This document shows, piece by piece, positions 10,476 through 20,235 of a stretch of DNA of 64,000 bases. Under the pieces are notes generated by a model that was given only the letters and a program-made list of their open reading frames with translations, ran no database searches and was not told the origin of the DNA. The position numbers were made by a program, and so were the translations under genes. The stretch comes from Conchiformibius steedae (GTDB taxonomy: Bacteria > Pseudomonadota > Gammaproteobacteria > Burkholderiales > Neisseriaceae): contig NZ_CP059563.1 of the NCBI RefSeq assembly GCF_014054725.1, forward strand, positions 893,749-957,748. The letters are read 5' to 3'. Position 1 is the stretch's first letter. Each line of letters begins with the position of its first letter.

Positions 10476-10494
10476 ATTCCCCTATTTTATTTAG

Positions 10495-11493
<999 letters not shown>

Positions 11494-11516
11494 ATTGAAA
11501 TTTTCAAACTGTTTTT

Positions 11517-12119
11517 ATGAACCAGAATAGTAATTTAATGCCAAACGGTGTGCCTGTCCGCCAAATCCGTGCCGTATATGACAACGATACCATCCGCGTT
11601 TATCAGGCATATAGCGATGCCATTGCCGATACGGCTTTGGCGAACGGACGTTTTGTATCGCCACTGTTTAAAATGACGCGGATGACTTGGATTAAGCCCT
11701 CGTTTTTATGGATGATGTACCGTGCGGGCTGGGGTTTGAAAGATGCAGGGCAAAAACGTATTTTGGCAATCGATATCCGCCGAGATGGTTTTGAATGGGC
11801 GTTGGCACACGCGATTGGCAGCCGCAAACCCGATAATATGGATGCAGCGCAATGGCAATACGCCAAAGAAACGCATCCTGTGCGGATACAATGGGACCCC
11901 GAACGCGATATTCATTTGCAGCCTTTGCCTTACCGTGCCATTCAAATCGGTTTGACTGGTGAGGCAGTTCAGCATTATGTGAATGATTGGATTGTAAGCA
12001 TAAATGAAGTAACCGATACGGCGCACCGCATCCGTGATTTGGTCGTGCAGGGCGAAACGGCTGCTGCTGCGGCTTTGCTGCCTGTAGAGTGTGAATATCC
12101 TTATATTAACTTGAGATAA
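11517..12119 (+). CDS. DUF4291-like protein (MTWIKPSFLWMMYRAGWG motif), function unknown
   Basis: 200-aa ORF with a strongly conserved-looking motif; first gene of the insertion between pheS and pheT. Confidence 0.6.
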   Translation: MNQNSNLMPNGVPVRQIRAVYDNDTIRVYQAYSDAIADTALANGRFVSPLFKMTRMTWIKPSFLWMMYRAGWGLKDAGQKRILAIDIRRDGFEWALAHAIGSRKPDNMDAAQWQYAKETHPVRIQWDPERDIHLQPLPYRAIQIGLTGEAVQHYVNDWIVSINEVTDTAHRIRDLVVQGETAAAAALLPVECEYPYINLR

Positions 12120-12123
12120 CAGT

Positions 12124-12444
12124 ATGTCAGAACTTTCTATTCAGCCCCTGATTAATGCCGTTAAGCGCTTGCATGAGGGCTGGTTGCGTTATCTGCAGGA
12201 TACCGATGATGCCCAAATTCGGGATGGTTTAATTCAGCGTTTTGAGTTTACCTATGAAATTAGCCATAAGATTTTAAAGCGTTATTTGGAATATACTTCC
12301 GCCAATCCAACCCAATTTGACGGCATGAGTTTTCAAGACCTTATCCGTACAGCCAACGAACAAAACCTACTATTAGGCGATTGGACGGATTGGAAACAAT
12401 ACCGCGATATGCGCGCCCGAACCAGCCACACTTATGACGAATAA
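12124..12444 (+). CDS. HEPN-domain protein, HI0074/HepT family (nucleotidyltransferase substrate-binding protein; candidate toxin)
   Basis: GLIQRFEFTYEISHKILKRYLEY core and a C-terminal RARTSHTYDE (Rx4HxY HEPN motif); the ORF ends 2 aa after the motif. Confidence 0.75.
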   Translation: MSELSIQPLINAVKRLHEGWLRYLQDTDDAQIRDGLIQRFEFTYEISHKILKRYLEYTSANPTQFDGMSFQDLIRTANEQNLLLGDWTDWKQYRDMRARTSHTYDE

Positions 12445-12524
12445 ACCGCGCTGGCGGTGGTGGCAGGTATAGAAAAGTTCTTAACTGAAGCCCAATTTTT
12501 ACAACAGCGTTTATCGGAAAAATA

Positions 12525-12767
12525 ATGGGATTGTCTATACCTTCCGAGCAGTTGCAAATCGTTCAAAGTATTTTGCAAAAACACGTTCCGCAACGTAGTG
12601 TGTTGGCATTTGGTTCGCGGGTTCAAGGCAATGCCAAGCCTTATTCTGATTTGGATTTTGCAATATTGGGCAATGAGCCGTTATCTATTGCCGAACACGC
12701 GGATTTAACAAGCGATGCAGTTGCAAATCGTTCAAAGTATTTTGCAAAAACACATCCCGCAACGTAG
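12525..12767 (+). pseudogene. N-terminal fragment of a minimal nucleotidyltransferase (MntA/HI0073-like), frameshifted by a tandem duplication
   Basis: GSRVQGNAKPYSDLD NTase motif; after ADLTSD the reading frame runs out of phase into repeat copy 2 and stops. Confidence 0.6.
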
Positions 12768-12885
12768 TGTGTGGGCATTTGGTTCGCGGGTTCAAGGCAA
12801 TGCCAAGCCTTATTCTGATTTGGATTTGGTAATATTGGGCAATGAGCCGTTATCTATTGCTGAACACGCGGATTTAACAAGCGAT
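12548..12885 (+). repeat. imperfect direct tandem duplication (2 x 169 bp) inside the MNT gene
   Basis: copy 1 at 12548-12716 and copy 2 at 12717-12885, about 5 mismatches; the unit length is not a multiple of 3. Confidence 0.9.
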
Positions 12886-13953
12886 TTTTCTGAAAGCGAT
12901 TTGCCGTGGAAAGTGGATATTGTGGATTGGTGCTTAATTAGTGATGAATTCCGTCAGATTATTCAACAACAATATTATGAGCTTCAAAAAATGAAAAAAT
13001 TAAGTTTTCCTGAATTGGCGATAAAAGTGATGCGTGAATTTAACCGTCCTGCTACGGTGGATGAATTGTGGCAGTATGTTCAAGAAAAACAACTTTATAT
13101 AGATTTGGAAGCCTATGATGCCAATCGTGGTGGGTTTAAAGGCAAAACACCAGACATTACTTTTTGCGCAAGAATCTATACTTTGGCAAAACAAGGGCGT
13201 TATTTTAAAGAGGTGGGTAATGCTTCGCCAAAACAGTTTGTTTTATTAGAGCATTCTTTGCCTAAGCACATTGATGTTGAACAGAGATTAAATGCTTCTG
13301 ATACCACTCAAGCCAAGAAGCAAATTAAAGAACGTGAGTTGCATAAATTTCTTAGCCATTATTTGTATCACAATAAAGCATTTGGCGCTTATTCGCGCAC
13401 TATTTTTCATGAAAGCAGCAAAAAAGGGCAAAAGGGCGAGGATAAATGGCTTTATCCTGATATGGTAGCGGTGCATTTTGAATATGAGGGTTATCAGCAT
13501 CATCATGTTTTAAGTTTTGTGAAGAAGTTTGATATTTTGCCAGTAAAGGTTTTTTCTTTTGAGTTAAAACGAGATTTGGGCTTCTCTAATTATAAACAAT
13601 CTTTTTTTCAGGCAGTCAGTAATTCCAGTTGGGCAAACGAGGGTTATTTAGTTGCGTTGAATATTGATTCGGACAGTCAGTTTCTTGAGGCATTGCAAAA
13701 ATTAAGTCAAAGCTTTGGTATTGGTATTATTCAGTTGGATATTGTGCAGATAGAAAACAGTAGGGTGATTTCGCCTGCACGTTATAAGGAAAAAATGGAT
13801 TATTCGGTGGTAAACGAGCTGGCAAGTAAAAATGAAGACTTTAAAGATTTTTTGAAAACGGTTACTGATTTTGACCCAAAAAGTAAAGAACGTTTTTTAA
13901 GTGAGTTTGACCCGATTTTAACGGCTGAAAAACTAAATGATACAATATATTGA
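12715..13953 (+). CDS. MNT (nucleotidyltransferase) domain fused to a HARE-HTH-like region and a C-terminal putative PD-(D/E)xK nuclease-like region
   Basis: starts at an ATG created at the duplication junction. Residues 1-95 form a polymerase-beta-type NTase (GSRVQG...SDLDL). Residues ~100-170 have the HARE-HTH pattern (PELAIKVMREF..PATVDELWQYV...GKTPDITF). The C-terminal region has a D...ELK arrangement. The gene is AT-rich. Confidence 0.55.
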   Translation: MQLQIVQSILQKHIPQRSVWAFGSRVQGNAKPYSDLDLVILGNEPLSIAEHADLTSDFSESDLPWKVDIVDWCLISDEFRQIIQQQYYELQKMKKLSFPELAIKVMREFNRPATVDELWQYVQEKQLYIDLEAYDANRGGFKGKTPDITFCARIYTLAKQGRYFKEVGNASPKQFVLLEHSLPKHIDVEQRLNASDTTQAKKQIKERELHKFLSHYLYHNKAFGAYSRTIFHESSKKGQKGEDKWLYPDMVAVHFEYEGYQHHHVLSFVKKFDILPVKVFSFELKRDLGFSNYKQSFFQAVSNSSWANEGYLVALNIDSDSQFLEALQKLSQSFGIGIIQLDIVQIENSRVISPARYKEKMDYSVVNELASKNEDFKDFLKTVTDFDPKSKERFLSEFDPILTAEKLNDTIY

Positions 13954-13971
13954 TAAGAAAGTGCAAAAGAT

Positions 13972-16332
13972 ATGCAATTCCCCTACTCATGGCTAAAAAC
14001 CCAAGCCAACCCCGATTTATCCGCCGAACAACTTGCCCACCTGCTAACCATGGCGGGTTTGGAAGTGGAAGACAGCGAAGCCGCCGCGCCCGATTTTTCG
14101 GGTGTGGTGGTGGCGGATGTAAAATCCGTTGAAAAACATCCCGATGCCGACCGTTTAAACATCACCCAAGTGGATGCTGGCACGGGCGAACTGTTGCAGA
14201 TTGTGTGCGGTGCGCCCAATGTGCGTGCGGGCATGAAAGTACCGTGTGCCTTGGCGGGGGCAGTGCTGCCGGGTAATTTCAAAATCAAACCGACCAAAAT
14301 GCGCGGACAGGTTTCCAACGGTATGTTGTGTTCCGCCAAAGAATTGGGGCTGCCTGAAAACGGCGTAGATGGTTTGCTGGAACTGCCCGCCGATGCGCCC
14401 GTTGGTACAAACTTGCGCGATTATCTGGATTTGGACGACACTGTTTTTACCTTAAAAATCACGCCCAACCGCACCGATTGTTTAAGCATCAAAGGTTTGG
14501 CACGCGAAACCGCCGCGCTGACCCAATGCGCGTTTACCCCGCCTGCCGTGCCTGCCGTTGCCGAACAGTCTGAACACCGCTTCCCCGTACGCATTGACGC
14601 GCCTGCCGATTGCGGACGTTTTCTCAGCCGCCCGATTCGCGGTGTGAACGCTCGCGCCGCATCGCCTGAATGGCTGGTGCGCCGTCTGGAACGCTGCGGC
14701 GTGCGCAGCATTTCCGCGTTGGTGGACATTGGCAATTATGTGATGCTGGAATTGGGTCAGCCGATGCACGTTTTTGATGCCGACAAACTTTCAGGCAGCC
14801 TGATTGTTCGCCGTGCCGAAAACGGTGAAACTTTAGCGTGTTTAAATGGAAAAACCGTTACCTTACAAGACAATACGCTAGTAGTTGCAGACGAAAAAGG
14901 CGCGTTAAGCATGGCGGGTTTGATGGGTGGCGAATCCAGCGCGGTCAGCGACGACACGCAAAACATTGTGTTGGAAAGCGCGTGGTTTGCGCCCGAAATT
15001 ATTGCAGGCAAATCACGCCAATACGGTTTTGGTTCGGATTCGTCTTTCCGCTTTGAACGCGGTGTGGATTTTGCCTTAACCCGCGAAGCGATGGAACGCG
15101 CCACCGCCTTGGTGCTGGAAATCTGCGGCGGCGAAGCGGGGCAGATTGTTGAAGCAACAGGCGATTTGCCCAAACGTGCGGCGGTAAACGTACGCACGGC
15201 GCGGGTGGCGAAGCTGTTGGGTGTAGATGTGCCTGCACCGCGCATTGAGCGTATTTTGGCGGATTTGGGTTTGCAGCCTCAGCCTACCGCAGACGGTTTT
15301 GCCGTGACTGTGCCGCCGTTCCGTTTTGATATTGCCATTGAAGCGGATTTGATTGAAGAAATCGCCCGCGTTTACGGTTACGAAAACATCCCCGACGATG
15401 CCCCGCGCGGACGTTTGGCGATGTTGCCGCTGCCTGAAAACCGCCGTCCGCGTTTTGACGTGTACCGCCACATGGCGAGCCGCGGTTTCCGCGAGATGGT
15501 CAGCTATGCCTTTACCGATGAAGCATGGGAACGCGATTTTGCCAATAACAACAATCCTATGCGTTTACAAAACCCCTTGGCGGCGCAATACAGCGTGATG
15601 CGTTCCAACCTGATTGGCAGCATGGTGGAAGTGTTGAAACACAATTTAAACCGCAAACACAGCCGCGTGCGCCTGTTTGAAATTGCCCGCGTATTTGCCA
15701 AAAATGCAGACGGCAGCGTGCGCCAACACGAGCGCATCGGTGCGTTGGCGCATGGCGCAGCCTTGCCCGAACAATGGGGCGAAAAAGCGCGCGCGGTGGA
15801 TTTTTACGATGTCAAAGCCGATGTGGAAAGCCTGTTGGCAGGGCAGAACGCGGTGTTTGTCGCCGCCGAACATCCCGCTTTGCACCCAGGGCGCAGCGCC
15901 AATATTGTGATTGACGGCAAAACCGTTGGTTTTATCGGCGAACTGCATCCCAAGTGGTTGCAGCAATACGATTTGCCCGCCGCGCCTTTGCTGTTTGAGC
16001 TGGATTTGGCGGTGGTGCAGCAGCGCGACAAAACCGTTTACCGTCCCGTTTCCAAATTCCAAGCGGTACGCCGCGATTTGGCATTTGTGTTGCCCGAAAG
16101 CACCGCTTATGCGGATTTGGAACAGGCGTTGCGCGGCGTGTCCAGCCCCTTAATCCGCGAAATTGCGCTGTTTGACGTGTATCGCGGCGCAGGTTTGCCC
16201 GACAATATGAAAAGCATGGCGGTGAAAATCCTGTTGCAGGACGACGATGCCACGCTCACCGATGAAGCGGTAGAAGCGGTGGTGGCGCAGTTGTTGGCGG
16301 CGGCGGAAAGCGTGGGCGCGAAATTGCGTTAA
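13972..16332 (+). CDS. pheT: phenylalanine--tRNA ligase beta subunit
   Basis: 786 aa with tRNA-binding, B3/4, B5 and FDX-ACB domain order; MQFPYSWLK N-terminus. Confidence 0.95.
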   Translation: MQFPYSWLKTQANPDLSAEQLAHLLTMAGLEVEDSEAAAPDFSGVVVADVKSVEKHPDADRLNITQVDAGTGELLQIVCGAPNVRAGMKVPCALAGAVLPGNFKIKPTKMRGQVSNGMLCSAKELGLPENGVDGLLELPADAPVGTNLRDYLDLDDTVFTLKITPNRTDCLSIKGLARETAALTQCAFTPPAVPAVAEQSEHRFPVRIDAPADCGRFLSRPIRGVNARAASPEWLVRRLERCGVRSISALVDIGNYVMLELGQPMHVFDADKLSGSLIVRRAENGETLACLNGKTVTLQDNTLVVADEKGALSMAGLMGGESSAVSDDTQNIVLESAWFAPEIIAGKSRQYGFGSDSSFRFERGVDFALTREAMERATALVLEICGGEAGQIVEATGDLPKRAAVNVRTARVAKLLGVDVPAPRIERILADLGLQPQPTADGFAVTVPPFRFDIAIEADLIEEIARVYGYENIPDDAPRGRLAMLPLPENRRPRFDVYRHMASRGFREMVSYAFTDEAWERDFANNNNPMRLQNPLAAQYSVMRSNLIGSMVEVLKHNLNRKHSRVRLFEIARVFAKNADGSVRQHERIGALAHGAALPEQWGEKARAVDFYDVKADVESLLAGQNAVFVAAEHPALHPGRSANIVIDGKTVGFIGELHPKWLQQYDLPAAPLLFELDLAVVQQRDKTVYRPVSKFQAVRRDLAFVLPESTAYADLEQALRGVSSPLIREIALFDVYRGAGLPDNMKSMAVKILLQDDDATLTDEAVEAVVAQLLAAAESVGAKLR

Positions 16333-16342
16333 TAATCAAACG

Positions 16343-16379
16343 GCACGGTAAAGCACCGTGCCGTTTTTCAGGCTGCCTG
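16343..16379 (+). terminator. pheT terminator hairpin followed by a DUS (AGGCTGCCTGAA)
   Basis: aacggcacggtaaagcaccgtgccgttttt hairpin; AGGCTGCCTGAA at 16368-16379. Confidence 0.7.
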
Positions 16380-16390
16380 AAAGGAAAATC

Positions 16391-17161
16391 ATGCTGACTT
16401 TAAGCAATATTTATCAATATCCCGTTAAATCTATGCGCGGCAATGCTTTAACGCACAGCCGTTTGGACGAAATGGGTGTGGCGGGCGACCGTGTGTGGTT
16501 GCTTGCCGAGCCGGACGGCACGTTTATCACCGCGCGCAGCTTTCCCGAACTGTTGCGCTGGCAGGCACAGATTGAAGCAGACGGCACGCTGCATCTGTTT
16601 GCCCCTGATGGCGACAGCCGCCGCATTGCCCCGTCTGCTTTGGCGGTTGGGCAAAATGTGCGTGTGTGGAAAGACCGTTTTTCCGCGCAGGGCGGCGACG
16701 ACGAAACCAATGCGTGGCTGTCGCACAAACTGGCGCGTCCCGTGCGTTTGCATTATATCGGCGGCGTTTCGCAGCGTTTATTGCAGGGGCAGACGCCCTT
16801 GTCGTTTGCCGACGGCGCACCGGTTTTGCTGACCCACACCGCATCGCTGGACACACTCAACCGCCAATTGGGTGAAAGCTTTAGCATGAACCGTTTTCGT
16901 GCCAATTTGGTGGTGGCGGGCGGCGAAGCCTTTGCCGAAGAAAGCTGGCAGCGCATCCGCATCGGCAGCGTGGTTTTGCGCCATTACAAACCCTGCACCC
17001 GCTGCGTGCTGACCACCATCTGCCCCGACACCCTTGCCAAACACCCCGCGCAACAGCCCTTATCGTGGCTGGCGAAAAACCGCCGCGCCCTGTTCGGCGT
17101 AAACCTGCTGGTGGAGCAGGGCGGTACCGTCAGCGTGGGCGACAGCGTAGAAGTTTGCTAA
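16391..17161 (+). CDS. MOSC-domain protein (YcbX-like)
   Basis: IYQYPVKSMRG N-terminus and a PCTRC motif near the C-terminus; AGGAAA RBS. Confidence 0.7.
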   Translation: MLTLSNIYQYPVKSMRGNALTHSRLDEMGVAGDRVWLLAEPDGTFITARSFPELLRWQAQIEADGTLHLFAPDGDSRRIAPSALAVGQNVRVWKDRFSAQGGDDETNAWLSHKLARPVRLHYIGGVSQRLLQGQTPLSFADGAPVLLTHTASLDTLNRQLGESFSMNRFRANLVVAGGEAFAEESWQRIRIGSVVLRHYKPCTRCVLTTICPDTLAKHPAQQPLSWLAKNRRALFGVNLLVEQGGTVSVGDSVEVC

Positions 17162-17325
17162 AAAATTATTGATTACAATAATTTGGGTGTAAAAAGCCGT
17201 GAAATCTGCCCCGTGTACCGTTCCCGCTAATGTAAAAAAATCATTTGTTTTCCACTATTCGCTTGATTTGTAACAAACAATTAGGGATAATCCACGCCTT
17301 AAACAAACACCCGAGGTACCATAAA

Positions 17326-17628
17326 ATGACACTCACCAAAGCAGAACTGGCTGATATTCTGGTCGAAAAAGTCAGCAGCGTCAGCAAAAACGATGCCAAG
17401 GAAATCGTGGAGCTGTTTTTTGAAGAAATCCGTGCCACTTTGGAGCGCGGTGAGGAAATCAAAATCTCAGGCTTTGGCAATTTCCAATTGCGCGACAAAC
17501 CGCAACGCCCCGGTCGCAATCCCAAAACAGGCGAAGAAGTGCCGATTACTGCCCGCCGCGTGGTTACCTTCCATGCCAGCCAAAAGCTGAAAGGCATGGT
17601 GGAGCATTACTATGACAAGCAGCGTTAA
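17326..17628 (+). CDS. ihfA: integration host factor alpha subunit
   Basis: [12 protein letters not shown]...[24 protein letters not shown] is the canonical IHF-alpha sequence. Confidence 0.9.
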   Translation: MTLTKAELADILVEKVSSVSKNDAKEIVELFFEEIRATLERGEEIKISGFGNFQLRDKPQRPGRNPKTGEEVPITARRVVTFHASQKLKGMVEHYYDKQR

Positions 17629-17926
17629 ACTGCCGCCCGTACCCGCCAAACGCTATTTCAGCTTGGAAGAAGTCTGCCGTTTGGCGTGCATCAAGCCCGC
17701 GCAGCTTGCCGAATGGCAGCGGCAGAACGGCAGCATCGGCGGACACGGCGGCAGCCGTTTTACCCGCTTGGATGTGATGAAAATCAGGCAGTTGCAGCAC
17801 GGTATTGCCGATGTGTTTTCGCATGACGGCTTGGACAGCGAGGGCAATCCCGCTATCGGTGCAGACGAAATGCGTGGCGAGCTGACAAAAATGTTGGCAA
17901 AAATTGAAAAAACACTTGCCAACTGA
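17612..17926 (+). CDS. small HTH (MerR-like) protein overlapping the ihfA 3' end
   Basis: 104-aa ORF; the [24 protein letters not shown] segment looks like an HTH. Confidence 0.4.
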   Translation: MTSSVKLPPVPAKRYFSLEEVCRLACIKPAQLAEWQRQNGSIGGHGGSRFTRLDVMKIRQLQHGIADVFSHDGLDSEGNPAIGADEMRGELTKMLAKIEKTLAN

Positions 17927-17959
17927 TTTAAGCACCGCTATAATGCTTTTTTCTTGAGT

Positions 17960-18036
17960 CGGAGTGTGGCGCAGTCTGGTAGCGCACTTGCATGGGGTGC
18001 AAGGGGTCGAAGGTTCGAATCCTTTCACTCCGACCA
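17960..18036 (+). tRNA. tRNA-Pro (anticodon GGG)
   Basis: canonical cloverleaf CGGAGTG...TAGCGCA, anticodon loop CATGGGGTG, GGTTCGAATCC T-loop, encoded CCA. Confidence 0.9.
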
Positions 18037-18152
18037 AAAATTTAAGAATCCCGCTGATTTGGCGGGATTTTTGCTGTTTGGCGATGGTGTCAGGCAGCTG
18101 ATTTAACCGCATTGGTTTTGCCAATGCGGTTTTTCTATGTGTTAAAGTTCAT

Positions 18153-18257
18153 AAGTTGATGAAAATAAAAACGAGACAAGGCGACAACGCCCGCCGTGTA
18201 CGTACAGTACATCAGGGCGTTGGTAACGCCGTATCGTTGCGATTTTCATCAACTTGA
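18153..18257. repeat. ~100-bp MITE-like repeat, copy 1 (TIR AAGTTGATGAAAAT / ATTTTCATCAACTT)
   Basis: terminal inverted repeats plus an internal CAACGCCC/GGGCGTTG stem; a near-identical core recurs at 35404-35491; the right TIR overlaps the mnmG stop codon. Confidence 0.75.
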
Positions 18258-20141
18258 TTTGGCATCAGCAAATCCGCGCTTTAAATGCACCATCAGCAGG
18301 GCAACGGCGGCGGGGGTAATCCCCGAAATGCGCGAAGCCTGACCCACGGTTTCGGGGCGGTGCTGGTTAAGTTTTTGTTGCACTTCGGCGGATAAACCTT
18401 TGACTTTGCTGTAATCAATGTTTTCAGGCAGCTTTAAGGTTTCCAAATCGCGGCGCGTGCCGATTTCTTCGTTTTGGCGTTCAATATAGCCCTGATATTT
18501 CACTTGAATTTCTACTTGTTCCACCACGTTTTCAGGCAGCGGCGCATCCGATGCAGCGCCGTCCAAAGTCATCAGCGCGGCATAATCCACATTGGGGCGG
18601 CGCAACAGGTCGTGCAAATTGGCTTCGCGGCTGAGTTTTTGTCCGAACACGCGCACTTGCTCGCTTTCAGGCAGCTTGGCGGGGGTGTACCAAGTGGATT
18701 TGAGGCGTTGGATTTCGCGTTCCACTTGCTCGCGTTTTTCGCTAAACGCTTGCCATTGCTCGGCGGAAACCAAGCCGATGCGGTAGCCGTCTTCGGTCAG
18801 GCGCATATCGGCGTTGTCTTCGCGCAGTTGCAAACGGTATTCGGCGCGGCTGGTAAACATGCGGTAGGGTTCGTTTACGCCTTTGGTAATCAAATCATCA
18901 ACTAACACGCCCAAATAGGCTTGTTCGCGGCGCAAAATCAGCGGTTCTTGTTCGCGCACATATTGAACGGCATTTGCGCCTGCCAGCAAACCTTGGGCGG
19001 CGGCTTCCTCGTAACCTGTTGTGCCGTTGATTTGTCCTGCAAAAAACAGCCCTTGAATGGTTTTGGTTTCCAAGCTGGCTTTGAGGTTGCGCGGGTCAAA
19101 ATAGTCGTATTCAATAGCGTAACCAGGGCGCAGGATGTGGGCGTTTTCCAAGCCTTTCATGCTGCGAACCAAGTCAATCTGTACGTCAAAAGGCAGGCTG
19201 GTGGAAATGCCGTTGGGATAGTATTCGTGGGTGGTCAGCCCTTCGGGTTCAAGGAAAATCTGGTGGCTGTCTTTGTCTGCAAAACGGTTGATTTTGTCTT
19301 CAATAGACGGGCAGTAACGTGGTCCAACGCCTTCAATTTTTCCTGTAAACAGGGGGCTGCGGTCAAAGCCTGAACGGATAATATCGTGTGTTTTCAAATT
19401 GGTGTGGGTAATCCAGCAGGAAACTTGGCGCGGGTGCATGGCGGCGTTGCCGCGCACGGACATCACAGGAACGGGGGTGTCGCCTGGTTGTTCGCTTAAT
19501 TGGGAAAAGTCAATGGTGCGCCCGTCAATGCGTGGCGGTGTGCCTGTTTTCAGGCGGGCAACGGGCAGGTTTAATTCTTTTAAACGCCCCGATAAGCCTT
19601 GTGCGGCGGGGTCGCCTGCGCGTCCGCCTGCGTAGTTTTCCATGCCGATGTGGATTTTGCCTGCCAAAAATGTGCCTGCGGTCAGTACTACGGCACGGGC
19701 TTTAAATTCCACGCCCATGGCAGTTTTAACACCCGACACGCGCTCGCCGTCTAGGGTAATGTCTTCCACTGCCTGCTGGAACAGCTCTAAATTTTCTTGA
19801 TTTTCCAGCATTTCGCGGATGGCGGCTTTGTAGAGTATGCGGTCGGCTTGGGCGCGGGTGGCGCGTACCGCCGCGCCTTTGCTGGCGTTTAAACGGCGGA
19901 ATTGAATGCCCGACATATCGGTTGCCAACGCCATTGCACCGCCCAGTGCATCCACTTCGCGCACGAGATGCCCTTTGCCGATGCCGCCGATAGACGGGTT
20001 GCAGGACATTTGTCCTAACGTTTCAATATTATGGGTGAGCAGCAGGGTGTGTGCGCCCATGCGTGCGGCGGCAAGTGCGGCTTCCGTGCCTGCGTGTCCG
20101 CCACCGACCACAATCACATCATAGGTTTTGGGGTAAATCAT
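18249..20141 (-). CDS. mnmG: tRNA uridine 5-carboxymethylaminomethyl modification enzyme MnmG (GidA)
   Basis: FAD-binding [22 protein letters not shown]-terminus; 630 aa. Confidence 0.95.
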   Translation of the reverse strand: MIYPKTYDVIVVGGGHAGTEAALAAARMGAHTLLLTHNIETLGQMSCNPSIGGIGKGHLVREVDALGGAMALATDMSGIQFRRLNASKGAAVRATRAQADRILYKAAIREMLENQENLELFQQAVEDITLDGERVSGVKTAMGVEFKARAVVLTAGTFLAGKIHIGMENYAGGRAGDPAAQGLSGRLKELNLPVARLKTGTPPRIDGRTIDFSQLSEQPGDTPVPVMSVRGNAAMHPRQVSCWITHTNLKTHDIIRSGFDRSPLFTGKIEGVGPRYCPSIEDKINRFADKDSHQIFLEPEGLTTHEYYPNGISTSLPFDVQIDLVRSMKGLENAHILRPGYAIEYDYFDPRNLKASLETKTIQGLFFAGQINGTTGYEEAAAQGLLAGANAVQYVREQEPLILRREQAYLGVLVDDLITKGVNEPYRMFTSRAEYRLQLREDNADMRLTEDGYRIGLVSAEQWQAFSEKREQVEREIQRLKSTWYTPAKLPESEQVRVFGQKLSREANLHDLLRRPNVDYAALMTLDGAASDAPLPENVVEQVEIQVKYQGYIERQNEEIGTRRDLETLKLPENIDYSKVKGLSAEVQQKLNQHRPETVGQASRISGITPAAVALLMVHLKRGFADAKSS

Positions 20142-20200
20142 GATTTTGTATTATTTTTACAGCAAAACGGCGGATTGTACGCGCTTTTGCGGCGGCAAAA

Positions 20201-20233
20201 AAGCTGCCTGAACACGCTTTTCAGGCAGCCTGT
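20201..20233. terminator. inverted DUS pair forming a hairpin terminator
   Basis: AAGCTGCCTGAAcacgctTTTCAGGCAGCCT. Confidence 0.7.
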
Positions 20234-20235
20234 AA

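Noticed and set aside
17612-17926. Alternative reading of 17612-17926 as non-coding 3' UTR of ihfA
   Set aside because: It is not rejected outright: the ORF has reasonable length and an HTH-like segment. It is kept as a low-confidence CDS because the 17-nt overlap with ihfA and the lack of a clear RBS leave doubt.
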